A DNA stretch of 64,000 nt from Vicinamibacteria bacterium (GTDB taxonomy: Bacteria > Acidobacteriota > Vicinamibacteria > Marinacidobacterales > Marinacidobacteraceae). The position numbers and the translations under genes were made by a program. A model generated the notes under the pieces. The model did not search any database and had not been told where the DNA came from. It saw only the letters and a program-made list of their open reading frames with translations. The DNA lies in assembly GCA_964291235.2 (NCBI GenBank), contig OZ219816.1:1568001-1632000 (forward strand). The letters run 5' to 3'. Positions 17,138 to 26,547 of the stretch are shown here, piece by piece. How positions within the stretch are numbered: the stretch's first letter is position 1; every line of letters begins with the position of its first letter.

Positions 17138-18058
17138 ATGCTTGAAATCAGAAACCTCGTCAAGGTCTATCCCGGCCCGGTCGCGGCGCTCCAGGGCGTT
17201 TCGCTCGAGGCGTCCCACGGAATGCTGGGGCTCCTCGGACCGAACGGCGCCGGGAAGACCACCCTCATGCGCATCGTTGCCGGCCTGCTGGAGCCCACTT
17301 CCGGAGCCGTGTTCCTCGACGGCGAGGATGTCAGCGGAGATCCCCGGCGGATCCGCCGTCAACTCGGCTACCTCCCCCAGTCATTCGGCTTCTATCCCCA
17401 TCTCACGGGCGCGGCGATGCTCCGTTTCCTCCTGGTGCTCAAGGGCGTCAAGGCGCCGCGGGGGGTGAAGCGCCTGGCCGCGGAACTCCTCGAGCGCGTG
17501 AACCTGGAGGGCGCCGCCAAGCGGAAGGTCGGGACCTGGTCGGGCGGCATGAAGCAGCGTCTCGGCATCGCGCAGGCGTTGGCGGGAGATCCCCGCATCG
17601 TCGTCGTTGACGAACCCACCGCCGGGCTCGATCCCGAGGAGCGAATGCGGTTCTATCGACTCCTCGCCGAACTCGCCGAAGACCGGTTGGTGCTGCTGTC
17701 CACCCACATAGTCGAGGACATTTCGGTCCTTTGTCCGAGAGTGGCGTTGCTGAACCGCGGGCGGATCGTGGCCGACACCACCCCCGGAGACGCGCGGGCC
17801 CGCCTCGAAGGGACGATCTTCGAGGGCGCCGTGGAAAAGGACCGGATGGCCGACCTCGCAGATCGGTTCGAGGTCACGCAAGCCGTCCTCATCGAAGGAC
17901 GGAACCGCGTACGGGTGCACGCTGCGGACGGACCCCCGCCCGACGGCTTCGAGCCGGTCGCTCCGAGTCTCGAGGACGCCTACCTGCTCCTCACCCGGGG
18001 CGGCGGGTCCGGAAACGGCGTGCAGGCGCCCCCGCCTCCGGACCGCGCCGACTCGTGA
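17138..18058 (+). CDS. ABC transporter ATP-binding protein
   Basis: Walker A GPNGAGKT, signature WSGGMKQR, Walker B VVVDEP and H-loop STH. Confidence 0.95.
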   Translation: MLEIRNLVKVYPGPVAALQGVSLEASHGMLGLLGPNGAGKTTLMRIVAGLLEPTSGAVFLDGEDVSGDPRRIRRQLGYLPQSFGFYPHLTGAAMLRFLLVLKGVKAPRGVKRLAAELLERVNLEGAAKRKVGTWSGGMKQRLGIAQALAGDPRIVVVDEPTAGLDPEERMRFYRLLAELAEDRLVLLSTHIVEDISVLCPRVALLNRGRIVADTTPGDARARLEGTIFEGAVEKDRMADLADRFEVTQAVLIEGRNRVRVHAADGPPPDGFEPVAPSLEDAYLLLTRGGGSGNGVQAPPPPDRADS

Positions 18059-21000
18059 CCTCTTTGAGAAGGTGGGCCGCCGTCGCCCACCGGGAGCTGT
18101 CCTCCGCGCTTCGCCGTCCTTCGTACTGGTTCCTCTTCGGGGTTCTGGTGTTGGCCGCCTGGGGGTTTGCCCAGGGCAATGTGTCCATCTCCAGCGGGGA
18201 CGCGACCGCGGGGGGCGAGCGATCGCACGTCACCTCCGTGTTCGCCCAGAGCATGTTCCAGTCGGTCCTGATCATGCTGATGGGCGCCTGGTTCCTGGCC
18301 ATCGGGGCGGGACTCGTGTTGATTCGGGACGCGGAGCACCGCGTGGGCGAGTTGCTCCACGCGACCCGGCTGACCGCCCGGGAATACGTGTGGGGCAGCT
18401 TCGCCGGGGCGATTACGGCTTTTCTGGTCATCTGGAGCCTCTACCTGGCGGTGTCCGCGGGCTTCAACCACGTCGTGGCCGCCGGGGCGGACGCCCGCCA
18501 GATCGGGCCGTTCATTCCCGGCAACTACCTGACTCCGGCCCTGCTGCTCGGCCTGCCTCAGATCATCTTCTTCGCGGGCGTCCCGCTCTTCCTCGGCGCC
18601 TGGACCCGTCGCCCCATCGTGGTCTTCGCCTTTCCGGTCGCGGTGCTGCTCGTCGTCATGGGATTCGTGATCTCGTGGTCGCCGGGCTGGCTCGATCCGG
18701 CGATCAACCGGGCCCTCATGTTCGCGGACCCCACGGGTTTCCGCTGGCTGAACGAGACGTTCCTGAAGCTGGACCGGGGCGTCGCCTTCTACAACGCGGC
18801 TCCCCTGCCCCCGGACGCCGGATTCCTGCTCAGCCGTATCGCGCTGGCAGGTGTCGGGCTCCTCGCCGTGGAAGCCGCGGCGCGCAACACCGCTCGCCGG
18901 CTTGCCGGGGGGGACACGGATTCGGTGGTCATCGGATTCCGGCGGAGCGGCAAGAAGCAGTCGCCGCCAGCGAACGTCGGGCCTCCCACAAGTACCGGCG
19001 ACCGAACCCTCGGCTCACTCGGCATGCGGACGGCGCCCCCCGGATTCCTCACCGCGGCCAGCGCCATCGGTCGCGCCGAGGTCCGGGAACTGTTCGTTCG
19101 GCCGGGCCTGTATCTCTTCCTTCCCCTGATCGTCTGGCAGTCGGTCAGCCAGAGTCTGTTTGACCTCGGTCCCTTCGATTCGCCCCTGCTCGTGACCCCG
19201 GGATCGATGGCTTCGGGGCAGTTCAACACCCTGAGCCTGCTCCTCTGCATCCTGCTGCTCTTCTATACGGTCGAGTCCCTGGTGAAGGAGCGGGCTCGCG
19301 GATTCGCCGAGATCTACCGGACCACGCCCGTTGGGACCGGCGCCATGCTCCTCGGCAAGACGGCGGGAACGGCCGTGGTCGCGGGCCTGGCAGTCGGCAT
19401 CAGCCTGTTGGCCTCCTGGGCGGTCATCACCGTACGGCAGTTCCTGGGCGCGCCGGTCGGCTTCGACCTCTGGCCGTTCGTGGCCGTCTGGGGCGGCGTC
19501 ATGGCGCCGACATTCCTCTTCTGGACGGCGCTCGTGACCGCCGCGTTCGCGCTCTTCAAGAACCGCTACTCGGTGTACGGACTCGGGCTGGCGATTCTCA
19601 TCTACACCGTATACCGGATGAACGCGGGCGATCCGCTCTCCTGGGTCACCAACTGGATCGCCTGGAACTCCGTTTCCCGGTGGAGCGACATGGGCGCCTT
19701 CTCGCTGTACGGGCAGGCCCTGCTGCTGAACCGCCTTCTCTACCTGAGCCTCATCCCCCTGCTCCTGGCCCTGGCGATCCGGTGGTTCGCGCGCCAGGAG
19801 TTCGACGCCGTCCGGATTCTGCATCGCCTGCGGCCGAAGGCGTTGTTGCGAAGCGGGGTCCGCCTGCTTCCGTTCGCGGCGACGCCCCTGATTCTGGCTT
19901 CGGTGCTCTTCTTCGGCGGCCGGGCCGGCGACGAGGGACCCGATGCCGAAGAAGCCATGAAGGACTACTGGCGGCGGAACGTGGCGACCTGGACCGATTT
20001 CCGGATGCCGTCGGTTTCGCACGTGGATCTGGACGTGGAACTCGAGCCCGGGCAGCGTTCCGCTTCGGTGTCCGGCGCTTACACCTTCGTCAACCACCGG
20101 GACCATGCCTATCGGCAGATTCCGATCACCGCGGGCCCCTGGGATCCGATCGAGTGGACCCTCGATGGAGAGTCCTACGAGCCGGAAGACCGTGCCGGGC
20201 TCTTCATCTTCACTCCCGGGAAGCCGCTCCCACCCGGGGGTTCGCTCACCGTCGGCTTCGGCTACGACCTCCGCTATCCCCGGGGCCTGAGCGCGAAGGT
20301 CGAAGGCCGGGGGCAGTTCATCCTGAACTCGGGGGTCGTCCTCACCGCCTTCGCACCGACGTTCGCCCCCGTTCCCGGATACCTGTCGGGGATCGGGGTG
20401 GACGAGGACAATCGCCACGACCAGCGGGAATACCCCGGCGACTTCTTCGAGGGCGCGACCGAACCGGCCCTCGGGTGGGGAGGGACACCGATGACCACCC
20501 GGGTCCGCATCACCGTGCCCGAGGCATACACGGCGAACAGCGTCGGGGTCCTCACGAGCGAGGAGATTCGGGAGGGCCGCCGCACCGTGGTGTGGGAATC
20601 CGACGAGCCGGTGCGCCTCTTCAACATCGTCGCCGGCCGCTACGCGGTCAAGGAGGGCCGCGGCACCGCCATCTACTACCACCCGGAGCACGGTTACAAC
20701 ATCGAGGAGATGTCCGCCGCGCTCGACGCCGCCCGGGAGCACTTCTCAGAGTGGTTCTACCCGTTCCCCTGGGAACTTCTGAAGCTCTCCGAGTTCCCGG
20801 GGTTCGCCGGCTACGCCCAGGGCTTCCCCACCAACATCACCTTCAGCGAAGGCATCGGCTTCCTCACCAGGAGCGATCCCCGCTCCCTCGCCGCCTTCGC
20901 CATCGTGGCGCACGAGGCGGCGCACCAGTGGTGGGGAAACATCCTCACTCCCGGCCGCGGACCAGGCGGCAACATGCTGTCCGAGGGGATGTCCCACTAC

Positions 21001-21696
21001 GCGACGATCCTGCTCCACGAGGAAGAACTTGGAGAGCGCCACCGCATCGAGTTTGCGAAGCGGATCGAGGACAGCTACGGCGACGATCGTTTCGTGGACA
21101 GCGAACGGCCCCTGGTCGAGACGGACGGTTCGCGGCGTGGTGACGGCACCGTCATCTACGACAAGGGCGGGTGGGTCATGTGGATGCTCCAGCAGGAGAT
21201 GGGCCGGGAAAACCTCCTGGTGGGGCTCCGCGCTTTTCTCGAGGCCTACCGCGCCAATGCGGACTTCCCCGTCATCCAGGACATGCTCGCCGTGCTCCGC
21301 GAGTTCGCCCCGGCCCCCGAGGCGTTCGACGCCTTCACCGAACAGTGGTTCCACGACGTGGTGATTCCGGAGTATCGGCTCGCGGACGTGACCAGGGAGC
21401 AGGCCGGGAGCGGCTGGGTCGTGCGCGGCGCCATCGAGAACCTGGGCACGGGGCACATGACCGTCGAAGTGGCCGCCACCGCCGGGGAGCGCTGGTCCGA
21501 CGAGGGGGATGACGCGACCCGCACGGTCGTCCGGAGGGGCTACCGCGACGCCCGGACGTCGGTCGAACTGGACGCCGGAGAATCGGCCGACTTCGAGATC
21601 GCCGTGGGTTTCGATCCGGACCGGGTGGTCGTGGACCCGGATGCCCTGGTGCTTCAACTCCGCCGGCAGGCGGCGGTCTTCGAGTTTTCGGAGTAG
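18055..21696 (+). CDS. ABC-2 type permease fused to M1 family aminopeptidase domain
   Basis: GTG overlaps the upstream TGA; two multi-TM blocks, then a soluble domain with YAQGFP and the zinc motif HEAAHQWWGN...SEG. Confidence 0.88.
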   Translation: MTSLRRWAAVAHRELSSALRRPSYWFLFGVLVLAAWGFAQGNVSISSGDATAGGERSHVTSVFAQSMFQSVLIMLMGAWFLAIGAGLVLIRDAEHRVGELLHATRLTAREYVWGSFAGAITAFLVIWSLYLAVSAGFNHVVAAGADARQIGPFIPGNYLTPALLLGLPQIIFFAGVPLFLGAWTRRPIVVFAFPVAVLLVVMGFVISWSPGWLDPAINRALMFADPTGFRWLNETFLKLDRGVAFYNAAPLPPDAGFLLSRIALAGVGLLAVEAAARNTARRLAGGDTDSVVIGFRRSGKKQSPPANVGPPTSTGDRTLGSLGMRTAPPGFLTAASAIGRAEVRELFVRPGLYLFLPLIVWQSVSQSLFDLGPFDSPLLVTPGSMASGQFNTLSLLLCILLLFYTVESLVKERARGFAEIYRTTPVGTGAMLLGKTAGTAVVAGLAVGISLLASWAVITVRQFLGAPVGFDLWPFVAVWGGVMAPTFLFWTALVTAAFALFKNRYSVYGLGLAILIYTVYRMNAGDPLSWVTNWIAWNSVSRWSDMGAFSLYGQALLLNRLLYLSLIPLLLALAIRWFARQEFDAVRILHRLRPKALLRSGVRLLPFAATPLILASVLFFGGRAGDEGPDAEEAMKDYWRRNVATWTDFRMPSVSHVDLDVELEPGQRSASVSGAYTFVNHRDHAYRQIPITAGPWDPIEWTLDGESYEPEDRAGLFIFTPGKPLPPGGSLTVGFGYDLRYPRGLSAKVEGRGQFILNSGVVLTAFAPTFAPVPGYLSGIGVDEDNRHDQREYPGDFFEGATEPALGWGGTPMTTRVRITVPEAYTANSVGVLTSEEIREGRRTVVWESDEPVRLFNIVAGRYAVKEGRGTAIYYHPEHGYNIEEMSAALDAAREHFSEWFYPFPWELLKLSEFPGFAGYAQGFPTNITFSEGIGFLTRSDPRSLAAFAIVAHEAAHQWWGNILTPGRGPGGNMLSEGMSHYATILLHEEELGERHRIEFAKRIEDSYGDDRFVDSERPLVETDGSRRGDGTVIYDKGGWVMWMLQQEMGRENLLVGLRAFLEAYRANADFPVIQDMLAVLREFAPAPEAFDAFTEQWFHDVVIPEYRLADVTREQAGSGWVVRGAIENLGTGHMTVEVAATAGERWSDEGDDATRTVVRRGYRDARTSVELDAGESADFEIAVGFDPDRVVVDPDALVLQLRRQAAVFEFSE

Positions 21697-21716
21697 GCGG
21701 AATCGCGACGAACCAA

Positions 21717-22088
21717 GTGCCGGGCAAGCCTCCAGCGACGATCGCCGAGTACATCCGCGCCGCCCCGGCCGAGGCGCAGCCGCACCTGAACCGGCTCTAC
21801 GCGATCCTGAAGAGCGTCGCCCCGAACGCCCAGGAGGCGATCAAGTGGGGAAATCCATTCTTCGTGGAGCCGCGCTTCCTGTTCGCCTTTTCCGCGCACA
21901 AACGACACGTCAGCTTTGCCCCGGACGAGGCGCTCGAAGTCTTTCGCGAGGAACTGAAGGGGCACCAGACGACCAAGTACTTGCTGAAGATTCCCTTCAC
22001 GGAGCCCCTGCCGGAAGATCTGATCCGCCGGATGGCGGCGCACCGCGTGCGCGTGGTGAGTGGCCGCGACGACAGCGGCTTCTGGTAG
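21717..22088 (+). CDS. DUF1801 (YdhG-like) protein
   Basis: TIAEYI, EAIKWGNP, FSAHKRHVSF and PLPEDLIRRM. Confidence 0.8.
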   Translation: MPGKPPATIAEYIRAAPAEAQPHLNRLYAILKSVAPNAQEAIKWGNPFFVEPRFLFAFSAHKRHVSFAPDEALEVFREELKGHQTTKYLLKIPFTEPLPEDLIRRMAAHRVRVVSGRDDSGFW

Positions 22089-22103
22089 CCCGCCGCCGGA
22101 ATC

Positions 22104-22120
22104 GGAGCGCCGTCCTCCGG
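22104..22120 (+). repeat. degenerate family A REP half
   Basis: GGAGCGCCGTCCTCCGG, one mismatch to the family end GGAGCGCCGGCCTCCGG. Confidence 0.55.
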
Positions 22121-22150
22121 GCAAGGAGAGCGTCGACGAAATCCACTTGT

Positions 22151-22164
22151 TGGTATAACATGTT
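22151..22164 (+). promoter_or_regulatory. putative extended -10 and operator of vapBC
   Basis: TGGTATAAC overlapping palindrome AACATGTT in an AT-rich patch just before the RHH gene. Confidence 0.4.
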
Positions 22165-22179
22165 GGGTTAGGACCGATC

Positions 22180-22440
22180 ATGCCCAACACCAGCGTTCAC
22201 TTTCCCGAGTCGCTCCTCGAAAGCTTGGATCGCATCGCCAGGGAGCAGAGCAAGAGCCGCAACCGCCTGATCGTGGAGTCCTGCCGGCGCACCGTGGAGG
22301 AACGGACGCAGTGGCCGGAGGACTTCTTCTCGAACGATCACCTGACCGCCGAAGATCGCAAACTGCTTCAGGACGGCCGCGAGGACTTCAACCGGGCCAT
22401 CCGAGCAGCCCGCCAAAGCCGAACGGGCCCTCCGTTCTGA
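22180..22440 (+). CDS. ribbon-helix-helix (CopG) antitoxin, VapB-like
   Basis: TSVHFPESLLESLDRIAREQSKSRNRLI RHH pattern; its stop overlaps the toxin start. Confidence 0.85.
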   Translation: MPNTSVHFPESLLESLDRIAREQSKSRNRLIVESCRRTVEERTQWPEDFFSNDHLTAEDRKLLQDGREDFNRAIRAARQSRTGPPF

Positions 22441-22859
22441 TGCTGGTTCTGGATACGAGCGCCGTCTCGGCCGTCATGCACGGTGATTCGGGCGCCCTGC
22501 ATCGTCTGCGCGATGAAGACCCGTCCGGCGTTTACCTCTGTACCCCGGTTGCAGCGGAAATCCGATTCGGTTTGTCGCGCCTCGAGACCGGTTCGCGCCG
22601 AAGGCAGCTTCTCGAGAAAGAGTTCCGCCGCCTTCGCGCCGCCTTGCGCTGGACGGACTGGACAGAACCGGCAACCCTGGCGTTCGGCCACTGGAAGGCC
22701 GTGCTCCAGGAGCGCGGAACGCCGATCGAAGACATGGATCTGGCCATCGCGTCCGTCGCCGTCGGTCTCTCCGCTCGCCTCGCCACTCTGAACGCCCGGC
22801 ACTTCTCCCGCGTTGACGACCTTCAGGTGGACGACTGGACTGCCGGAGAGAGCGACTGA
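22440..22859 (+). CDS. vapC: PIN-domain toxin VapC
   Basis: MLVLDTSAVS, AEIRFG, DMDLAIAS and TLNARHF. Confidence 0.9.
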   Translation: MLVLDTSAVSAVMHGDSGALHRLRDEDPSGVYLCTPVAAEIRFGLSRLETGSRRRQLLEKEFRRLRAALRWTDWTEPATLAFGHWKAVLQERGTPIEDMDLAIASVAVGLSARLATLNARHFSRVDDLQVDDWTAGESD

Positions 22860-23406
22860 AACACCCCATCCCAGCGACGCGACTACAGATCGGCCCAGTC
22901 TTGTCGGGTCGCCAACGGGCCAGTTTCATCTGTCGCTTGACACGCAAGTAGCGGTACACGTTCTGCGGGCCTGCGGCCCGCGGGTACCGACCGGAGGTCC
23001 ACTGCGGATGTTTCGTAAGTCGTTGATTATTGGGTAAGAATATGCGCGATCCCAAAAAGCAGAACATGACATCAGGCGGCACATCCTCATTAGGCCGGAA
23101 CGCTCGGGCCGACGAGGGTAGCGGGTAAGCGTTCAAGCGTTCGGTCGAGCCGGTATGAGGCATCGCCGGAATCTACGAGCAGCTGGTGCAGACGGGCCGC
23201 GGGCGGTTCGACTCCAGTCTCGTGATGGGCCATGGCCGCCACCAGAACCAGTGTCGAAGCCCGGTACCAGTCCCGCATACCGGCAGGATCGAACGGTTAC
23301 GGTAGCGGGCTCGCCATCGGGTCGAACAGCCTGGCGGCAGCCAAACCTCGAAGCCGAAGTCGCGGATTGTGGGCTGGCTGGTCCGCTGCAGGAACCCGGT
23401 CGGTAC

Positions 23407-23940
23407 TCATCCCCCACAGTGAACGGCCAGGTCGGCGAGTTGCTGATAGAGCGCGGTCAGCCCGGCCACGCGCGGATCCGTGTGCTCCACTAGCTGAAAA
23501 CCCTCGACCCAGCGGGTGTGGGTCCCGTCGCCCGCGTACAGCCGGAATGCGAAGGTGGGCAGCCCCTGCTCGGCACCCTCGGGAACAGCAATGGTCTCCT
23601 CCCCCTCGATGGCGTCGAGCCCGAGGGAGGAGATCGCCTCTCGGAGGGCGGCAAACTCGGCTTCTTCGAGGGTGAGGTCGCACGGCGCGCCATTCACGAA
23701 ACCCGTAAGTGTCCCATCATCGGTGAGCGTGAAGACCGGCGTGGGCGCGAAGTCCGGCAGCTTGATCAGGATCTCCAAGAGGAGCCTCGCCTCCATCTCC
23801 TCTGGTGCCGGTGCCGGTTCCGGTGCCGATGGCGGCACCGGCGGGTCCGGGACCGGCACCACGGTCGGCGGCGACTCGTCCGCGCAGGAGGCCAGCAGCA
23901 GCGTCGTGACCACCAGAAGCATCCTCATTCCCGTCCTCAT
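23407..23940 (-). CDS. hypothetical lipoprotein
   Basis: Lipobox LLLASC, Pro-rich linker and an acidic globular domain. Confidence 0.7.
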   Translation of the reverse strand: MRTGMRMLLVVTTLLLASCADESPPTVVPVPDPPVPPSAPEPAPAPEEMEARLLLEILIKLPDFAPTPVFTLTDDGTLTGFVNGAPCDLTLEEAEFAALREAISSLGLDAIEGEETIAVPEGAEQGLPTFAFRLYAGDGTHTRWVEGFQLVEHTDPRVAGLTALYQQLADLAVHCGG

Positions 23941-24966
23941 TCCCGTCGACTCCCATCAGACGCCACACGACCAAACGAAGAGTCCGGGTCACGTATCTCG
24001 ACGGTGATGCCGGAGGTCCGCATGGCGCGACCAATCATCCCGGGTGAGGGCCTCGCTGTGCAGCGATTGCCTTCCCCCCAGGGTAAGCAACGGGCGCCAT
24101 ATCCGCTCCGCCCGTGCTGCGCCGACCGCAACTTGTCCCTCCCAGGGGCGCACTCCAAACCAAGGATGACCGGAAGGAGCCTCTCCAAAGAGACAGAAGC
24201 GACATCGGGCATAGCCTTCCCGGCACTCGATCCCCCGTCCACGTCACCCCGTGTCACCATCAAAGCCGGAATCGTAATGTATTCGACGCGAAGCTAGCAG
24301 CGGCTGGAATCTCGCCCGGCTTCGAGCCCACCGGGCGGCGGAGTCCGCGACCGCCGGCCGCACCTGGCGGCGCCGCGGGCGGGAACGTGTCGCACCGTGG
24401 TCCGCCTCCCGGGAGTGATTTGCCCTCCCCGGGGTCATGGTCGGGGCCGCTTTCCCATGAGCATAAGTCAGACCCCCCTTATGCTCGTACTTCCGCTCAC
24501 GCTTCGAGCCCGCCGCGTGACACGGAACCCGTTGGCCCCGTTGCGTTTCGGTCGCATGCTCCGAATCCACTCCCCGCATTCCGGGCGGGGAGCGGGGTTG
24601 GTAGCGACCCCCCTCCGAACGTCGGATCTACAGCCGGTGAATCCCTGCGGGGGCGGCCTGCCGGCGACGGCGCCGGCCGCCGCGTGGTCCTCGAAGCCGA
24701 CGCCGGCATCGAGCCACCGCTCACCGAGGCCGCTCACGGCGTTGTGGCCCGGCTCCGGGGCCATCTGGAGCCGGAGGGCCTCCGCCTCGCCTGAAGGTGG
24801 CCTGCTCCGCCCGTGCGATCTGGGCGGGGACCACAACGGTGCGCCGCTGCGCCAGGCGCGCACCGGTGCGGGGGTCCGGGGGCGGCGCCCCCGGTCCGCC
24901 AGCTGCTCCGGCAGCGGCGCGAGAGGCCGGGGGTTCGAAGGGGGGCGCAGCATCCCCTCGCCAGAG

Positions 24967-25051
24967 CACAGTGTTTACACACTGTGTAGGCTGGCCTAAC
25001 TGCCTTAGGAGGTGGCCAGTCCCCAGTGTACGCACACTGGGTCGGCTGGCT
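24967..25051. repeat. two near-palindromic sites in direct repeat, 55 bp apart
   Basis: CACAGTGTTTACACACTGTG (24967-24986) and CCCAGTGTACGCACACTGGG (25022-25041), each followed by GGCTGGC. Confidence 0.75.
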
Positions 25052-25112
25052 TCCCGGCCGTAGTGGCCGCTGGTGACGGTCGTCAGCAGGGCACACGGAG
25101 GCGCTGTTGTGG

Positions 25113-26312
25113 TCATCCGGCGAGCCTCGGTTCCGCGCCTTCGGTCCCGGCCAGGAACGCGGCCCATTGTTCCATGAGCGCCCGCCGCCGCTCGAACAGG
25201 TCCGTCCGCCGGTAAGCCGCCTCGATGGCGTTCGTGTTCACGTGCGCCAGCGCCAGCTCGCACACCTCCCGCGGGGCGTCGGAACACTCCGCCGCCCAGT
25301 CCCGGAAGCTCGAGCGGAACCCGTGAGGCACCGCTGCGATCCCGAGCTCGCGCACCAGCTTCACGATTGCCAGGCCGGAGAGCGGCCGGCCACGAGCCGA
25401 GGGGAACACCACCCCGGAGCCGTCCGCGAGCGCCTGAGCCTCCTGCAGGACCGCCCGCGCCCCGCTGGACAGCGGGACCCGGTGCTCGCGGCCCGTCTTC
25501 ATCCGCTCGGGGGGAATGCGCCATACCCGTCCCGCAAGGTCCATCTCCTGCCACCGCGCGCCGCGCACCTCCCCGCTCCGGCACGCCGTCAACACCAGGA
25601 ACTCAAAGGCCAGCACGGTCGAGGGATGGCCCCTCGACGCGCGCACCCGCTCCCTCGCCTCGGCGACCTCCGCATACGGGAGCGCCGCGAGGTGCTGGGG
25701 GCGGACGCCGTTCTTGGGGAGCGCCGCCCCGATCGCCGCTCCCGCCGGGTTGTCTGCCCGGTAGCCCTGCGCGATCGCCCAGAGCATCACCACCGAGATC
25801 CGCTGCCGTACCCGCCGCGCCGTCACGCGCTTCTCATTCCAGATCGGCACCAGGACTGCCATCACGTCCGACGTGGTGATCCGGTCCACCCGCAGCCGGC
25901 CGAGCCTTGGCATCGCGTAGTCCCGCAGCGTCCCGCGCCAGTCCTTCTCGGACCTGCTGCCGGCCTTCCAGCCGGCCGCATGGACGGCAATGACCTTCTC
26001 GACGGCTTCGGCGAAGGTAGGGGCCTTCCGCTGGCGGCCGGTGACCAACTCGCCGCGCTGCCGCGCCAGGAGGTTGAGGACGCACTTCTGACGCGCCTCG
26101 GCGAGGGTGACGTGGGGCCAGGTTCCGAGTCCGAGGTTGCGGGGCCGTCCGTCGACGCTGAGGCGCTGTCCCCAGGTCTTGGCGAGGTGTCCGCGTGCGG
26201 TTCGCTTGACGCGGAGGGAGAGTCCGCCGGAGCCGCGGCCGTCGCCGTAGTTTCCGGGTTCCTTTATGGTCTCGACAAAGCGCGCGGAGAGTCGGTAGGG
26301 GCGTTCGGTCAT
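25113..26312 (-). CDS. tyrosine recombinase/integrase, P4-like with arm-DNA-binding domain
   Basis: N-terminal PGNYGDG..GLSLRV..LGLGTWP.VTLAEAR; catalytic R (TACRSGEV), K (RMKT), HGFRSSFR, LAH and AAY. Confidence 0.95.
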   Translation of the reverse strand: MTERPYRLSARFVETIKEPGNYGDGRGSGGLSLRVKRTARGHLAKTWGQRLSVDGRPRNLGLGTWPHVTLAEARQKCVLNLLARQRGELVTGRQRKAPTFAEAVEKVIAVHAAGWKAGSRSEKDWRGTLRDYAMPRLGRLRVDRITTSDVMAVLVPIWNEKRVTARRVRQRISVVMLWAIAQGYRADNPAGAAIGAALPKNGVRPQHLAALPYAEVAEARERVRASRGHPSTVLAFEFLVLTACRSGEVRGARWQEMDLAGRVWRIPPERMKTGREHRVPLSSGARAVLQEAQALADGSGVVFPSARGRPLSGLAIVKLVRELGIAAVPHGFRSSFRDWAAECSDAPREVCELALAHVNTNAIEAAYRRTDLFERRRALMEQWAAFLAGTEGAEPRLAG

Positions 26313-26475
26313 GGATCAGGGTTCCAGTGGGCAGTAGCTGAGCAGCATGAACTGGCCGGGAACGGGGGAGTTTGCGGGGTTCCGGCGGGGAACAGTATAG
26401 CACTGTAACCCTATGACACAACGGGTGATTAGAGGAATCTCATGGCACTCTGCGGAACCCTATGGAACCGGTGGA

Positions 26476-26500
26476 ATGCCGACCGGAGGTCGGCGTTCCC
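26476..26500 (-). repeat. single family A REP half
   Basis: Reverse complement reads GGGAACGCCGACCTCCGGTCGGCAT, with a compensatory A-T pair in the GCCGRCC/GGYCGGC stem. Confidence 0.75.
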
Positions 26501-26547
26501 TTACCGGCTTTGCTGTCCGGGGGCGCCGCCCCCGTTAGGGGCCCAAC

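Larger units (their letters stand above)
22987..26491. mobile_element. putative small integrative element / remnant carrying a tyrosine integrase
   Basis: Integrase at the right end, low coding density, AT-richer patches at both ends, and 13-bp direct repeat CCGACCGGAGGTC at 22987-22999 and 26479-26491. Confidence 0.55.

Noticed and set aside
24300-25100. Several 100-290 aa ORFs downstream of the integrase
   Set aside because: Low-complexity Pro/Arg/Gly translations with no excisionase, Rep or relaxase motifs.
26313-26547. tRNA or tmRNA attachment site next to the integrase
   Set aside because: No T-loop GGTTCRA plus acceptor stem or CCA end visible on either strand here or at 22860-23090.
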